A DNA stretch of 59,839 bases, the filler included. It is 6 parts of 6 records of this genome, joined end to end, with 100 filler letters (N's around TTAATTAATTAA, not from the genome) between each part and the next. Parts side by side here need not be neighbours in the genome. Positions count along the whole stretch, not along the records: positions 32,544 to 43,359 come from SRR2962707_2122; positions 43,460 to 52,816 come from SRR2962707_2124; 4 more parts are not named here. One strand, written 5' to 3'. Each line of letters opens with the position of its first letter. Positions within the stretch are counted from its first letter, which is position 1. A program made the translations under genes and the position numbers. Shown one piece after another: positions 39,397-49,209 of this stretch. The notes under the pieces are model-generated. The model made no database searches, was not told where the DNA came from, and saw only the letters and a program-made list of their open reading frames with translations.

Positions 39397-40363
39397 GACG
39401 GTCGCCTTTGGCCCTGGCCTTCTCAATCGCAGTGAGCAGGGCCGCTTGCTCAGCTTCAGGAACAAAGCAAGAGGCGAGTTCGGTGACGCGATCGGTCAGT
39501 TCCCCGAGATATTCGGGGGATTGTTCCGCCCACAGTAACACCTTCGCAAGATCAGCCTCGTCGCCTACACGGAAGTACCCCGGGTAATCTTCACCCAGTA
39601 GACCAATATTGCCGGAGATGTCCGACGCGATAACCGGCAGCCCTGCACGACAGGCTTCGGATACGACATTAGCGCCTCCTTCCATCACCGAGCTGATAAC
39701 CATGGCACGGCAACGGTTCATAAGCTGATGGGTGGACGGTCTGTCAATTTCGCCAAGCCACTGAAAACGCGGATTGGCCTCCTGTTCGGCTATGGCTCGC
39801 CGAGCCCAGTCATGGCTGTGAGCCTTGCCTGCATTCAGCACCCGGATGGTCGAACCTGGCGGCAATGTCCTCGCCGCGATTGCGGCCCTCAGAGGGTCCT
39901 TCTCCTCGCGCAGGTGTCCGATAACACAGACATCGAAATGCCTGGTATCGACGCCTGCATTACCCCCGGGCCGATCGGCGGATTGCAACACCGTCACCAG
40001 CTTTGGCACGAAACGCTCGGGAATATCCCGGCCAACACGATGGTGGAGCCCCACAAGGCAATCCGCGAGGGCCATGGAATGGAGGGTTTGCTCCGGGTAG
40101 CGGTACTGGTGGTCGTATATGTCCGTGCCCGTAAGCACAACGATTATTGGCGTTTCCGGGTTGTGGTCACGGAAGCGAAGAACGGCCTCATGGCTCCTCC
40201 AGGCGTGCAGGGCAATGTACAGGTCGCAGGGCTCGTTGTTGTATTCGGTCACAACGAAAACCCGGTGTCCGGCCTGCTCAAGCAACCGGCACCATCGGTC
40301 CGCCGTGGCCCGATTACCAGCCCTGGAGCCCGGTAGCGCCGGGGTATTCAGGATGATTTTCAT
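39386..40363 (-). CDS. senB: GT-B glycosyltransferase, SenB-like selenosugar synthase
   Basis: GNRATADRW, ALHAWRS, VLTGTDIY, GHLREEKDP, SSVMEGGANVVSEA; adjacent to selD. Confidence 0.8.
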   Translation of the reverse strand: MKIILNTPALPGSRAGNRATADRWCRLLEQAGHRVFVVTEYNNEPCDLYIALHAWRSHEAVLRFRDHNPETPIIVVLTGTDIYDHQYRYPEQTLHSMALADCLVGLHHRVGRDIPERFVPKLVTVLQSADRPGGNAGVDTRHFDVCVIGHLREEKDPLRAAIAARTLPPGSTIRVLNAGKAHSHDWARRAIAEQEANPRFQWLGEIDRPSTHQLMNRCRAMVISSVMEGGANVVSEACRAGLPVIASDISGNIGLLGEDYPGYFRVGDEADLAKVLLWAEQSPEYLGELTDRVTELASCFVPEAEQAALLTAIEKARAKGDRLNP

Positions 40364-40539
40364 GAGTGTCGGTTTCCATCAAGATTTTCATTTTTTGCCG
40401 GATACCCCTAACCTGATTGGCTCATAGAATCGTATAGCTGTTCAGAGTTGCAGTAAATCACGGTATTCTGGATAGCTTCGGGCTTCCGGTCCGGACATGT
40501 GACCCCGCTAAATTCAGCTCCAGACACAAGGAAATTCAA

Positions 40540-41409
40540 ATGGCTTTGAAATTGATACGGAAGTTCGCTGTCGCCAGCTTACTGACCTTGCTCTCTTCAG
40601 CAACCGTTTCAGCCCAGACACTAGTCTTCACCGCCATTCCCGATGAAGACGAAACCAAACTGGTGGAACGCTTCACGGGTATCGCCGATTACCTGGCAGG
40701 AGAGTTGGACGTAGATGTTCGCTATATCCCTGTCAAATCCTACGCCGCCGCGGTTTCAGCCTTCCGCAACAACCAGGTCCAGCTAGCCTGGTTCGGCGGG
40801 CTTTCCGGCGTGCAGGCCCGCGAATTGGTTCCCGGCTCTGAAGCGATTGCCCAGGGCGTGGAAGACAAAGCGTTTTACACTCATTTCATTGCCCACAAAA
40901 GTACCGGACTTGACGAGATGGAAACCCTGTCCGACGAACTCCGGGGGAAGACCTTTACCTTCGGTTCCAAGGGGTCAACCTCCGGTCGCCTGATTCCGGA
41001 GTACTATATTCGCGAATCCTTTGATGACAGCCCCGACGACGTCTTCAGCCGTGTAGGCTTCAGTGGCAATCACACCCGCACCCTTCGTCTCGTAGAGGCG
41101 GGCACCTACGATGTTGGCGCGATCAACTTCTCAGTGTGGGACAAGGAAATGGAAAACGGCAACATTGATACAGACGCGGTGAAGGTCATCTGGACAACGC
41201 CGTCGTACCCGAACTATCAGTGGAGTGTTCGCGGCGACGTCAACGAACAGTTCGGTGAAGGTTTCCAGAAACGGCTTCAGGAAGCCCTGCTTGCGATGGA
41301 CGACCCTGAATTGCTTGAAAGCTTTCCCCGTAGTGGTTTCATCCCAGTCTCCAATGACGCTTACGAGCCGATCCGGGTAGTTGGAAAGCAGATCGGAATC
41401 ATCGATTAA
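40540..41409 (+). CDS. PhnD-like periplasmic binding protein (putative selenium-compound ABC transporter)
   Basis: Signal peptide, FTAIPDED, LAWFGGLSGVQAR, FGSKGSTSGRLIP; divergent from senB. Confidence 0.85.
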   Translation: MALKLIRKFAVASLLTLLSSATVSAQTLVFTAIPDEDETKLVERFTGIADYLAGELDVDVRYIPVKSYAAAVSAFRNNQVQLAWFGGLSGVQARELVPGSEAIAQGVEDKAFYTHFIAHKSTGLDEMETLSDELRGKTFTFGSKGSTSGRLIPEYYIRESFDDSPDDVFSRVGFSGNHTRTLRLVEAGTYDVGAINFSVWDKEMENGNIDTDAVKVIWTTPSYPNYQWSVRGDVNEQFGEGFQKRLQEALLAMDDPELLESFPRSGFIPVSNDAYEPIRVVGKQIGIID

Positions 41410-42059
41410 TGTCGGGATTCGATCTATCCGGCCTGACGGCGTCTTTTGGTGGAGAGCGGGTGATTGGCCCGCTCTCCCTCAGTGTCAGGGAAGGAGAGCG
41501 CGTTGGCCTGGTGGGCCGCAGCGGCGCCGGAAAATCCACTCTGATCCGGCTTGTCTATGAGCAGGTGGAGCGCCTGGCAGCATTGGTCCCCCAGGACCTG
41601 GGACTGGTCAACGCGTTACCGGTATTCCACAACGTATACATGGGCCGCCTCGATGCCCACGGCAACTGGTACAACATGGTTACCCTGGTTCGGCCATTCA
41701 CCCGGGACAGCCGTGACGTCAAAAGCCTATTGTCGGAACTGGGGATGACCGAGAAAGCCTGGATGCCCACCGCATCGCTGTCCGGCGGACAGCGCCAGCG
41801 CGTGGCCATCGCCCGTGCCCTTTACCGGCAGTCAGGACTTTTGTTGGCGGACGAGCCTGTCTCTGCCCTGGATGGGCCGCTTGCCCACCAGGTTATGACG
41901 TTATTGAGAGAGCGCTTCAAGACCAGCGTTATCGCACTCCATGATGTCGAGCTCGCTCTGGAATACTGCACCCGTATCGTGGGTATCCAGGACGGGCAGA
42001 TCGCGCTGGACGAGTCGAGCGAAAAGCTCACACCGGCCGACATTGCGCCACTCTACTGA
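41409..42059 (+). CDS. PhnC-like ABC ATPase
   Basis: GRSGAGKST, LSGGQRQRVAIAR, ADEPVSALD, LHD; TAATG coupling. Confidence 0.92.
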   Translation: MSGFDLSGLTASFGGERVIGPLSLSVREGERVGLVGRSGAGKSTLIRLVYEQVERLAALVPQDLGLVNALPVFHNVYMGRLDAHGNWYNMVTLVRPFTRDSRDVKSLLSELGMTEKAWMPTASLSGGQRQRVAIARALYRQSGLLLADEPVSALDGPLAHQVMTLLRERFKTSVIALHDVELALEYCTRIVGIQDGQIALDESSEKLTPADIAPLY

Positions 42060-42084
42060 CTCAACCGGCCCAGATTCCACTCCT

Positions 42085-43359
42085 ATGCTGTCTTCGCCAA
42101 CCGTCAAAACCAGCCTGATCTTTATCGCCATCGCCCTGGTAGGCCTGGTGTTTGCCGATATCGCTATCACGGCAGCCAATCCCTGGAAAGATCTTGGCCG
42201 GTTCTTCCTGGGCGTAATAACACCGGATTTTTTCAGTACCGAAGGGCTGGCAACCGCCCTGCTTCGGACGGTTGCCTTTGCCTTCGTTGGCGTCGCTCTC
42301 GGCAGTATCAGCGGCTTTCTTCTGGCGCTTGTTTATCGCTGGATGCCGGTTCGGATTCTGTGCGCGTTTGTGCGGGCGATACATGAGCTGTTCTGGGCGC
42401 TTATTTTCCTGCAATTTTTCGGCTTCCATCCGCTGACAGGCGTTCTAGCCATCGCTATCCCCTACGCCGGTATCTTCGCCAAGGTCTATTCGGAGATCCT
42501 GGAAGAAGCCGACCCGGAACCCGGTCGCCTGTTACCGCCCCGTACGGGCGTTGTTTCGGCCTTCCTGTACACCAAAATACCGGATTGCTGGGTGCAGCTG
42601 CGAACCTACACCGCGTACCGGCTGGAATGCGGCTTGCGCTCCAGTGCCATCCTTGGCTTTGTTGGCTTGCCAACCCTCGGCTTCTACCTGGAATCGGCCT
42701 TTTCTCAAGGCCACTATTCCGACGCCGGCGCCATGCTGATCCTTTTCTACGTGCTGATAGCCACCATGCCGCTCTGGGTAAAGCCGAAGCTGTTGCCCGT
42801 TTATATCGTTGGCGCACCGTTTTTTCTTGGCGAAGGTCTCCCGATTGTCTGGAGTAACGTCGGCCGGTTTTTCACCCAGGACATCGTGCCGTCACCACTG
42901 CGCGGAGAAGAAGGCTGGGCCGGCATGGGCGCGTGGCTGGGGGACATGTTTGTCAATCAGGCCATGCCGGGCATCTGGAACACGGTAATCCTCACCCAGG
43001 TGGCCCTGGTTGCAACCGGGATCATTGCACTACTGGCCTTCCCGTTGATATCGACTCACTTCGGCGGGCCTGTTCGCCGTACCTCGGGGCATGTCTTCCT
43101 GGTGATCATGCGTTCCACGCCGGAGTACATCCTGGCGTATATCCTTTTGCAGCTATGGGGCCCGTCCATGCTGCCCGCCGTTGTTGCGCTGGCATTGCAT
43201 AACGGGGGCATCATCGGCCATCTGATTGGCCGGCAATCCAGCACCATCCGGTTACGCCCGGATGCGCCGATTGGTCTTAATCGGTATACCTACGAACTGG
43301 TGCCCAGGGTCTATCGTTCATTCCTGGCGTTCCTGTTCTACCGCTGGGAAATCATCATG
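42085..43359 (+). CDS. PhnE-like ABC permease with two fused repeats, 3'-truncated
   Basis: Repeat 1: RAIHEL..YRLECGLRSSAILGFVG; repeat 2: RSTPEY..YRWE. Confidence 0.88.
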
Positions 43360-43459
43360 NNNNNNNNNNNNNNNNNNNNNNNNNNNNNNNNNNNNNNNNN
43401 NNNTTAATTAATTAANNNNNNNNNNNNNNNNNNNNNNNNNNNNNNNNNNNNNNNNNNNN
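43360..43459. other. Artificial contig spacer
   Basis: 44 N + TTAATTAATTAA + 44 N. Confidence 0.98.
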
Positions 43460-43511
43460 GTGATTTGGCCGGCCGGCTTGCAGCCACGTAAAATAAGTAG
43501 CTAAAGGGCCG
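43460..43511 (+). ncRNA. SAM-II (SAM-alpha) riboswitch, 5' edge clipped
   Basis: GTGATTTG..CCGGCTTGCAGCCACGT..AATAAGTAGCTAAAGGGCCG fits the recalled SAM-II consensus; lies upstream of metA. Confidence 0.85.
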
Positions 43512-43571
43512 ATGCTGGAAAGTCGGTTCGTCGCAACTTATATTTGTTCGAACCATCAGCGAGTATCCAAA

Positions 43572-44504
43572 ATGCCAATTCGTATTCCAAATGCCCTTCC
43601 TGCCCGTGAAGTACTGGCCAAAGAAGGCGTGATGATTATGGATGAAACAACGGCGGCCCGTCAGGACATTCGCCCGTTGCAGATTGCATTGCTCAATTTG
43701 ATGCCAAACAAAATCAAAACGGAAACGCAAATTGCGCGCCTTATCGGCTCGTCGCCGCTTCAGATTGATCTGACGCTTGTGCGCATTGGCAGCCATGTGG
43801 CTAAAAATACATCGGAAGATCACCTCATCTCATTTTATCAAACATGGGATGAGATAAAGGACCGCAAATTTGACGGCTTTATCATCACCGGTGCGCCGAT
43901 TGAAAAAATGCCTTTTGAGGACGTCAATTATTGGCCGGAATTGAAAGAGATTCTTGATTGGACAACGACGAATGTTCATTCCAGCTTTTTCATTTGCTGG
44001 GGAGCAATGGCTGCGATCAACTATTTCCATGGCGTGCCAAAGCACCTATTGGAGAAAAAGGCGTTTGGTGTTTACCGGCATAAAAATCTGCAACCGGCTT
44101 CGCCTTATCTGGCAGGCTTTTCAGATGATTTTTCGATTTCTGTCTCACGGTGGACAGAGGTGCGCGGCGCTGACATTCCAAAAGATAGTCCGCTTGAAAT
44201 TTTGATGGAGGCCAATGAAACGGGCCTGTGTCTCTTGCACGAAAAATTTGCCAATCGCCTCTATATTTTCAACCATATTGAATATGATTCAACGTCACTA
44301 TCGGATGAGTATCATCGCGATAAGGAAAGCGGTGTGGATATCGATATTCCGGCCAATTATTTCCCCGAAAATGACCCGACGAAGAAGCCCCTCAACCGCT
44401 GGAAAAGCCATGCTTTCCTATTGTTCGGCAACTGGCTAAACCAGATGTATCAAACCACAGAGTTTGATCTCAACGAGATTGGCAATGATCGGAAAAAACC
44501 ATGA
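43572..44504 (+). CDS. metA: MetA-family homoserine O-acyltransferase, probably acetyl-CoA specific
   Basis: MPIRIP, QDIRPL, LNLMP, ITGAPIE, ICWGA catalytic Cys, HIEYD. Confidence 0.95.
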   Translation: MPIRIPNALPAREVLAKEGVMIMDETTAARQDIRPLQIALLNLMPNKIKTETQIARLIGSSPLQIDLTLVRIGSHVAKNTSEDHLISFYQTWDEIKDRKFDGFIITGAPIEKMPFEDVNYWPELKEILDWTTTNVHSSFFICWGAMAAINYFHGVPKHLLEKKAFGVYRHKNLQPASPYLAGFSDDFSISVSRWTEVRGADIPKDSPLEILMEANETGLCLLHEKFANRLYIFNHIEYDSTSLSDEYHRDKESGVDIDIPANYFPENDPTKKPLNRWKSHAFLLFGNWLNQMYQTTEFDLNEIGNDRKKP

Positions 44505-44947
44505 GTGAAGTGACCATTCGCCCCGTTGAACGCGGCGACTATGATGCATGGCATGCCCTATGGACGACCTATCTCGAATTTTATGAATCAAGCGTCAAAC
44601 CAGAAATTTATCTGTCGACTTTTGATCGTTTCTTCGATGATGAAACCTATGAGCCAAATTGCTATGTAGCCGTTTTAGACGGCAAACTCATTGGCCTCGT
44701 TCATTTCATGTATCACCGCCACAATTGGCATTTGGAAAATGTCTGCTACCTGCAAGACCTTTATGCTGATCCAGCAGTGCGCGGCATGGGTGTTGGGCGG
44801 AAACTTATTGAAGCCGTCTATGCACGTGCCGACGAAGACGGCGCCGCCAATGTCTATTGGCTAACGCAAGACTTTAACGCTGAAGCACGCAAGCTTTATG
44901 ATCGCATTGCAAAGCTAACACCATTTATAAAATACTCGCGCAATTAA
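44501..44947 (+). CDS. GNAT family N-acetyltransferase
   Basis: [27 protein letters not shown]. Confidence 0.9.
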   Translation: MSEVTIRPVERGDYDAWHALWTTYLEFYESSVKPEIYLSTFDRFFDDETYEPNCYVAVLDGKLIGLVHFMYHRHNWHLENVCYLQDLYADPAVRGMGVGRKLIEAVYARADEDGAANVYWLTQDFNAEARKLYDRIAKLTPFIKYSRN

Positions 44948-45029
44948 AGAACGTGTACTTCATCAATTGCCGCACTTGGCTTTGGTGCTGTGAATGCCTA
45001 TGTCCGATGTAGCAAATAAAGAGGACGCC

Positions 45030-46160
45030 ATGACCACAGCACCGACAAAAGAAGCCGTACACGCAGCACTCGCGAAGATCGGCTTGCCTGATGGCAAGTC
45101 ACTGGATGCCTCTGGCCGCGTATCGGATATTTTCATCGCCGATGATAAGGTCTTCTTTTCCATTTCCTGCGATGCAGCCGATGTGGAGCGCTATGAAGAT
45201 GTGCGCCTTGCCGCCGAGCAGATGGTCAAGAAAATTCCAAATGTTAAAGGCGCTATGGTCGCACTCACTGCAGAGAAAAAAGCAGGCGGTCCTAATGCGC
45301 AGCCTGCCCAAACTGCAGCGCCGAGCCCAAATCCTGCGGGCGGTCAAAAGCCGCGCGTGGGGGTTCCCGGCGTTAAACATATTGTTGCTGTCGCATCGGG
45401 CAAAGGCGGCGTTGGCAAATCAACAACCGCGATCAACATTGCCCTCGGCCTTCAATCCCTCGGCCTCAAAATTGGTGTTTTGGATGCCGATATTTATGGA
45501 CCTTCGTTGCCGCGCCTCTTAGGCATAACCGAAAAGCCCGAAGCCATAGACGGCACAATATTGAAGCCAATGGAAAAGTTTGGCCTGCAAGTCATGTCTA
45601 TCGGCTTTCTGGTTGAAGAAGAAACGCCGATGATCTGGCGCGGCCCAATGGTCATGTCAGCGCTCACACAAATGCTGCGCGAAGTCGCATGGCACGATAT
45701 CGATGTGTTGATTGTCGACATGCCCCCTGGCACAGGCGATGCGCAATTAACAATGGCGCAGCAAGTGCCGCTTGCGGGCGCAGTGATTGTTTCAACGCCG
45801 CAGGATTTATCGCTGATAGATGCGCGGCGCGGCCTGAACATGTTCCGCAAAGTGAATGTGCCAGTGCTCGGCATTGTCGAAAATATGAGCTACTTCATCG
45901 CGCCAGATACCGGCGCGCGTTATGATATTTTCGGCCATGGCGGCGCGAAGGCTGAAGCTGAAAAGCTCGGCATACCATTCCTTGGCGAAGTGCCACTGGT
46001 TATGAAAATTCGCGAATATTCCGATGCGGGGACGCCAATCACCATGCAGGAACCAGATGGTCCGCACGCCGCAGCTTATAAGCAGATCGCTGCTGCAGTC
46101 GCAGAACAAATGGAATTAGCGCAGGGCAGCCACAAAGCGCCATCTATCGTTTTTGATTAG
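45030..46160 (+). CDS. apbC: Mrp/ApbC iron-sulfur cluster carrier ATPase
   Basis: SGKGGVGKST, DADIYGPS, WRGPM, DMPPGTGD, ENMS; ATG 45030 after GAGGA. Confidence 0.93.
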   Translation: MTTAPTKEAVHAALAKIGLPDGKSLDASGRVSDIFIADDKVFFSISCDAADVERYEDVRLAAEQMVKKIPNVKGAMVALTAEKKAGGPNAQPAQTAAPSPNPAGGQKPRVGVPGVKHIVAVASGKGGVGKSTTAINIALGLQSLGLKIGVLDADIYGPSLPRLLGITEKPEAIDGTILKPMEKFGLQVMSIGFLVEEETPMIWRGPMVMSALTQMLREVAWHDIDVLIVDMPPGTGDAQLTMAQQVPLAGAVIVSTPQDLSLIDARRGLNMFRKVNVPVLGIVENMSYFIAPDTGARYDIFGHGGAKAEAEKLGIPFLGEVPLVMKIREYSDAGTPITMQEPDGPHAAAYKQIAAAVAEQMELAQGSHKAPSIVFD

Positions 46161-46168
46161 AGTTTAAA

Positions 46169-46192
46169 AGAGTAGGCGCTAGCGCCTACTCT
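46169..46192. terminator. Perfect 24-bp palindrome between convergent apbC and livM-like genes, possible terminator
   Basis: agagtaggcgct|agcgcctactct, overlapping the minus-strand stop codon. Confidence 0.5.
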
Positions 46193-47492
46193 CCGGTATC
46201 AGCCCCTTGGGTGCAAAACGCAGCACCAGCAGCATAATAATGCCCATCGCCATCAGGCGCATATAGGCCGCGCTATCAAGCAGATGCAGACGCAATGGAT
46301 TTGCTTCATCCATGCCCGACGTAATCAGGTCGATGAACCATAGGCCTACCGGCTCGGCTTCCACCCAAAAGAACCAGACGAGAAAACCGCCCAGGATCGC
46401 GCCCCAGTTGTTGCCAGAGCCGCCGATGATAACCATTGCCCAAATCAAGAATGTATAGCGCAGCGGCGAGTAAGTGCCCGGCGTAAATTGCCCGTCCAGC
46501 GTAGTCAGCATTGCGCCCGCAATACCAACAACGGCAGAGCCAAGAACAAACACTTGCAAGTGACGCCCTTTAACATCTTTACCCATCGCCTCAGCGGCCG
46601 TTTCATTATCACGGATTGCGCGCATCATACGGCCCCAAGGGGAGCGAAGGGCGCTCTCGCAAAGAAACAAAATGATCAACAAAACAATCGCAAACAGACC
46701 AGCATAGCTGAGCTTGACGACGATCGAAGACAGATCAATGACATCCATGTTGAAGTAAGTCGCCCATGATTGAAGCACCGGCGATTGCTGAATATCGACC
46801 TCATAGGGCACTGGAAAAGGGCGCGGTAAACCTGTGACGTTTTTAACGCCGCGCGTCAGCCAGTCTTCATTTTTCAGAACTGCAATAATGATTTCGGAAA
46901 TACCAAGCGTCGCAATCGCCAAATAGTCTGAACGCAGACCAAGCGACACTTTGCCGATCAGCCAAGCAGCCCCGCCAGCGAATATACCGCCGACCAACCA
47001 AGAGAAAATGATCGGCATGCCTAAACCGCCCAGATAACCTGTCGCGGCAGAATCCGTGCTTTCAATTGCTTCAACAGCAGGATCAAAGAAATAGCGCGCG
47101 CCGAAATATCCAGCGATAAAAACAATCGCAATCAAGAGACCACGAGAGCGCCCCTTCATCTCCCGATAAATCCAGACGATACAGGCGATTGTCGCAGCCA
47201 TGACCAGAAAAGCCGCGATAAGGCGATACCCGCCAATTGAGATCGTCTCTGCCACAGGTTCTTTTGACACCAGCACAGCAGCAACGCCGCCTAAGGCAGC
47301 AAAGCCCATAATTCCAACATTCAATAGGCCCGCATAGCCCCACTGAATATTAACGCCGAGCGCCATGACGGCTGAGATCAAGCAAAGATTGAGTACAGCT
47401 AGCGCCAGCGACGCGCTTTGCACATAGCCAACAAGGACAAGCAAAATTGCCATAACAGCAAAGAGCGATGAAATTCGAAGCTTGTTGCTCAT
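46179..47492 (-). CDS. Branched-chain amino acid-type ABC permease (LivM-like)
   Basis: WGYAGLLN, LRSDYLAIATL, SPWGR..RAIRDNE, IIGGSGN. Confidence 0.9.
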   Translation of the reverse strand: MSNKLRISSLFAVMAILLVLVGYVQSASLALAVLNLCLISAVMALGVNIQWGYAGLLNVGIMGFAALGGVAAVLVSKEPVAETISIGGYRLIAAFLVMAATIACIVWIYREMKGRSRGLLIAIVFIAGYFGARYFFDPAVEAIESTDSAATGYLGGLGMPIIFSWLVGGIFAGGAAWLIGKVSLGLRSDYLAIATLGISEIIIAVLKNEDWLTRGVKNVTGLPRPFPVPYEVDIQQSPVLQSWATYFNMDVIDLSSIVVKLSYAGLFAIVLLIILFLCESALRSPWGRMMRAIRDNETAAEAMGKDVKGRHLQVFVLGSAVVGIAGAMLTTLDGQFTPGTYSPLRYTFLIWAMVIIGGSGNNWGAILGGFLVWFFWVEAEPVGLWFIDLITSGMDEANPLRLHLLDSAAYMRLMAMGIIMLLVLRFAPKGLIPESRR

Positions 47493-48508
47493 ACTGATTG
47501 TCCTCTAAAAATACCGGTCGGACGCACCAGAAGAACCACAACAAGAATGACGAAAGACACAGCAAATTTATATTCTGTCGAGAGCAATTGCACCAAACCA
47601 TCGGGCACATTATCGCCCGGCATAATGTAAGTAAGAACCCGCTTATAGGCGAAGGTCACCGTGATTTCAGAAAACGCGATAACAAAGCCGCCTGCGATGG
47701 CACCAATAGGGCTACCTAGCCCGCCAACGATAGCAGAAGCAAAAATAGGCAGAAGCAATTGCAGATAGATGAAAGGCTTATAGGTCTTATCCATGCCGTA
47801 CATCGTGCCCGCAATTGTTGCCAATCCAGCCGCCAATATCCATGCAATCAAAACCACGCGCTCAGGATTAACACCTGAAAGCAACGCTAGATCTTCATTG
47901 TCCGAATAGGCGCGCATAGATTTGCCCGCGCGAGTGCGATTGAGAAACCAAAACAGCGCGATAACACAAAGCAGTGTCACAACGACTGTGATGCCCTGTG
48001 TGGTACGCAGCGCAATGCCTTCATCTAAGCCAGACCATTTTTTAAATTGGCCCGCAGTAAAAATAAACCGAGCGCCGTCACCCATCGAGCGATCATCTGG
48101 ACCGATGATAAAACGGGTCAATCCGCTGTAGAAAAACATAACCGCCAAAGACGCGATAAGATAAATAACCGGCGGTGATTTTTTCGCGCGGTGAAAGCGA
48201 TAAACAACGCGGTCGGTGAGCAGAGCCAGCGCAATTGTCGCCAAGATGCCGAATGGCAAAGCCAGCAATTCGGTCGGTAAGAAGCCAAGTGAAATGCCCT
48301 GCGCCTGCAAAAACCAAGTCACCAAAATCACAGCCATCGTGCCGAAGGCCATCAACTCGCCATGGGCAAAATTTGAGAATCGCAAAATGCCGTAAACAAG
48401 GGTGACACCCAGCGCGCCAAGCGCCAACTGTGATCCATAGGCGAGCGCCGGAATGAAGAGATAATTTGCAAGCAACGCAAGTGGGTTTAAAATTTCCATG
48501 TCAATCAA
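47489..48508 (-). CDS. Branched-chain amino acid-type ABC permease (LivH-like)
   Basis: ALGVTLVYG..NFAHGE, GKSMRA, GGLGSP, RPTGIF; start may be ATG 48499. Confidence 0.9.
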   Translation of the reverse strand: MIDMEILNPLALLANYLFIPALAYGSQLALGALGVTLVYGILRFSNFAHGELMAFGTMAVILVTWFLQAQGISLGFLPTELLALPFGILATIALALLTDRVVYRFHRAKKSPPVIYLIASLAVMFFYSGLTRFIIGPDDRSMGDGARFIFTAGQFKKWSGLDEGIALRTTQGITVVVTLLCVIALFWFLNRTRAGKSMRAYSDNEDLALLSGVNPERVVLIAWILAAGLATIAGTMYGMDKTYKPFIYLQLLLPIFASAIVGGLGSPIGAIAGGFVIAFSEITVTFAYKRVLTYIMPGDNVPDGLVQLLSTEYKFAVSFVILVVVLLVRPTGIFRGQSV

Positions 48509-49209
48509 CCACCCAAAAATGCTTTGCGGACTTCAGGATCATTCAGCAGCGCCTCGCCCGTATCCGTATAAAGATTTGCGCCTTGGGCCAAGACATAACC
48601 TTTATCGGCGATGTTAAGCGCCTGCTTGGCGTTTTGCTCAACCATCAAAATCGCGATACCAGAACGGGCAATCTCGATAATCCGGTCAAAAAGCTCGTCC
48701 ATCACGATGGGTGAAACGCCAGCTGTCGGCTCATCAAGCATCAGCACTTTCGGCTTTGTCATCAAGGCGCGGCCAACGGCTACCTGTTGGCGCTGACCAC
48801 CGGACAATTCACCTGCCGGTTGGCGGCGCTTTTCTTTCAAGATCGGGAACAAATCAAAAATCTGTGCCATCGTGTCATGATAATCGTCGGTGCGAATAAA
48901 TGCGCCCATTTCTAGATTTTCTTCAACAGACATAGACTTAAAGACATTGTTGTTTTGCGGCACAAAACCCATGCCCTTTTGCACCCGTGCCTGCGGACTA
49001 AGCGATGTAATATCTTCGCCGTCCATCGTCACGCTACCAGAGCGCAGATTAAGCATGCCGAAGACTGCTTTCATCGCCGTTGATTTGCCCGCGCCATTGG
49101 GGCCAACAACAACAGCAATCTCGCCGCGTTCAACGCCAATCGTGCAACTGTGCAAAATATCAGCAGAGCCATAGCCGCCCGTCATTTCCTGTCCCAGCAA
49201 AAAGCTCAT
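48505..49209 (-). CDS. ABC ATPase (LivF-like)
   Basis: GPNGAGKST, LSGGQRQ, DEPT, VEQN. Confidence 0.92.
   Translation of the reverse strand: MSFLLGQEMTGGYGSADILHSCTIGVERGEIAVVVGPNGAGKSTAMKAVFGMLNLRSGSVTMDGEDITSLSPQARVQKGMGFVPQNNNVFKSMSVEENLEMGAFIRTDDYHDTMAQIFDLFPILKEKRRQPAGELSGGQRQQVAVGRALMTKPKVLMLDEPTAGVSPIVMDELFDRIIEIARSGIAILMVEQNAKQALNIADKGYVLAQGANLYTDTGEALLNDPEVRKAFLGG

Noticed and set aside
41941-42084. N-terminal extension or frameshift fusion of the permease with the ATPase
   Set aside because: The extension overlaps the ATPase and is hydrophilic and non-homologous; no slippery site seen; ATG 42085 fits better
40540-43359. Canonical phosphonate transporter phnCDE
   Set aside because: No phn catabolic genes are visible and the context is selD/senB; kept as Phn-like only
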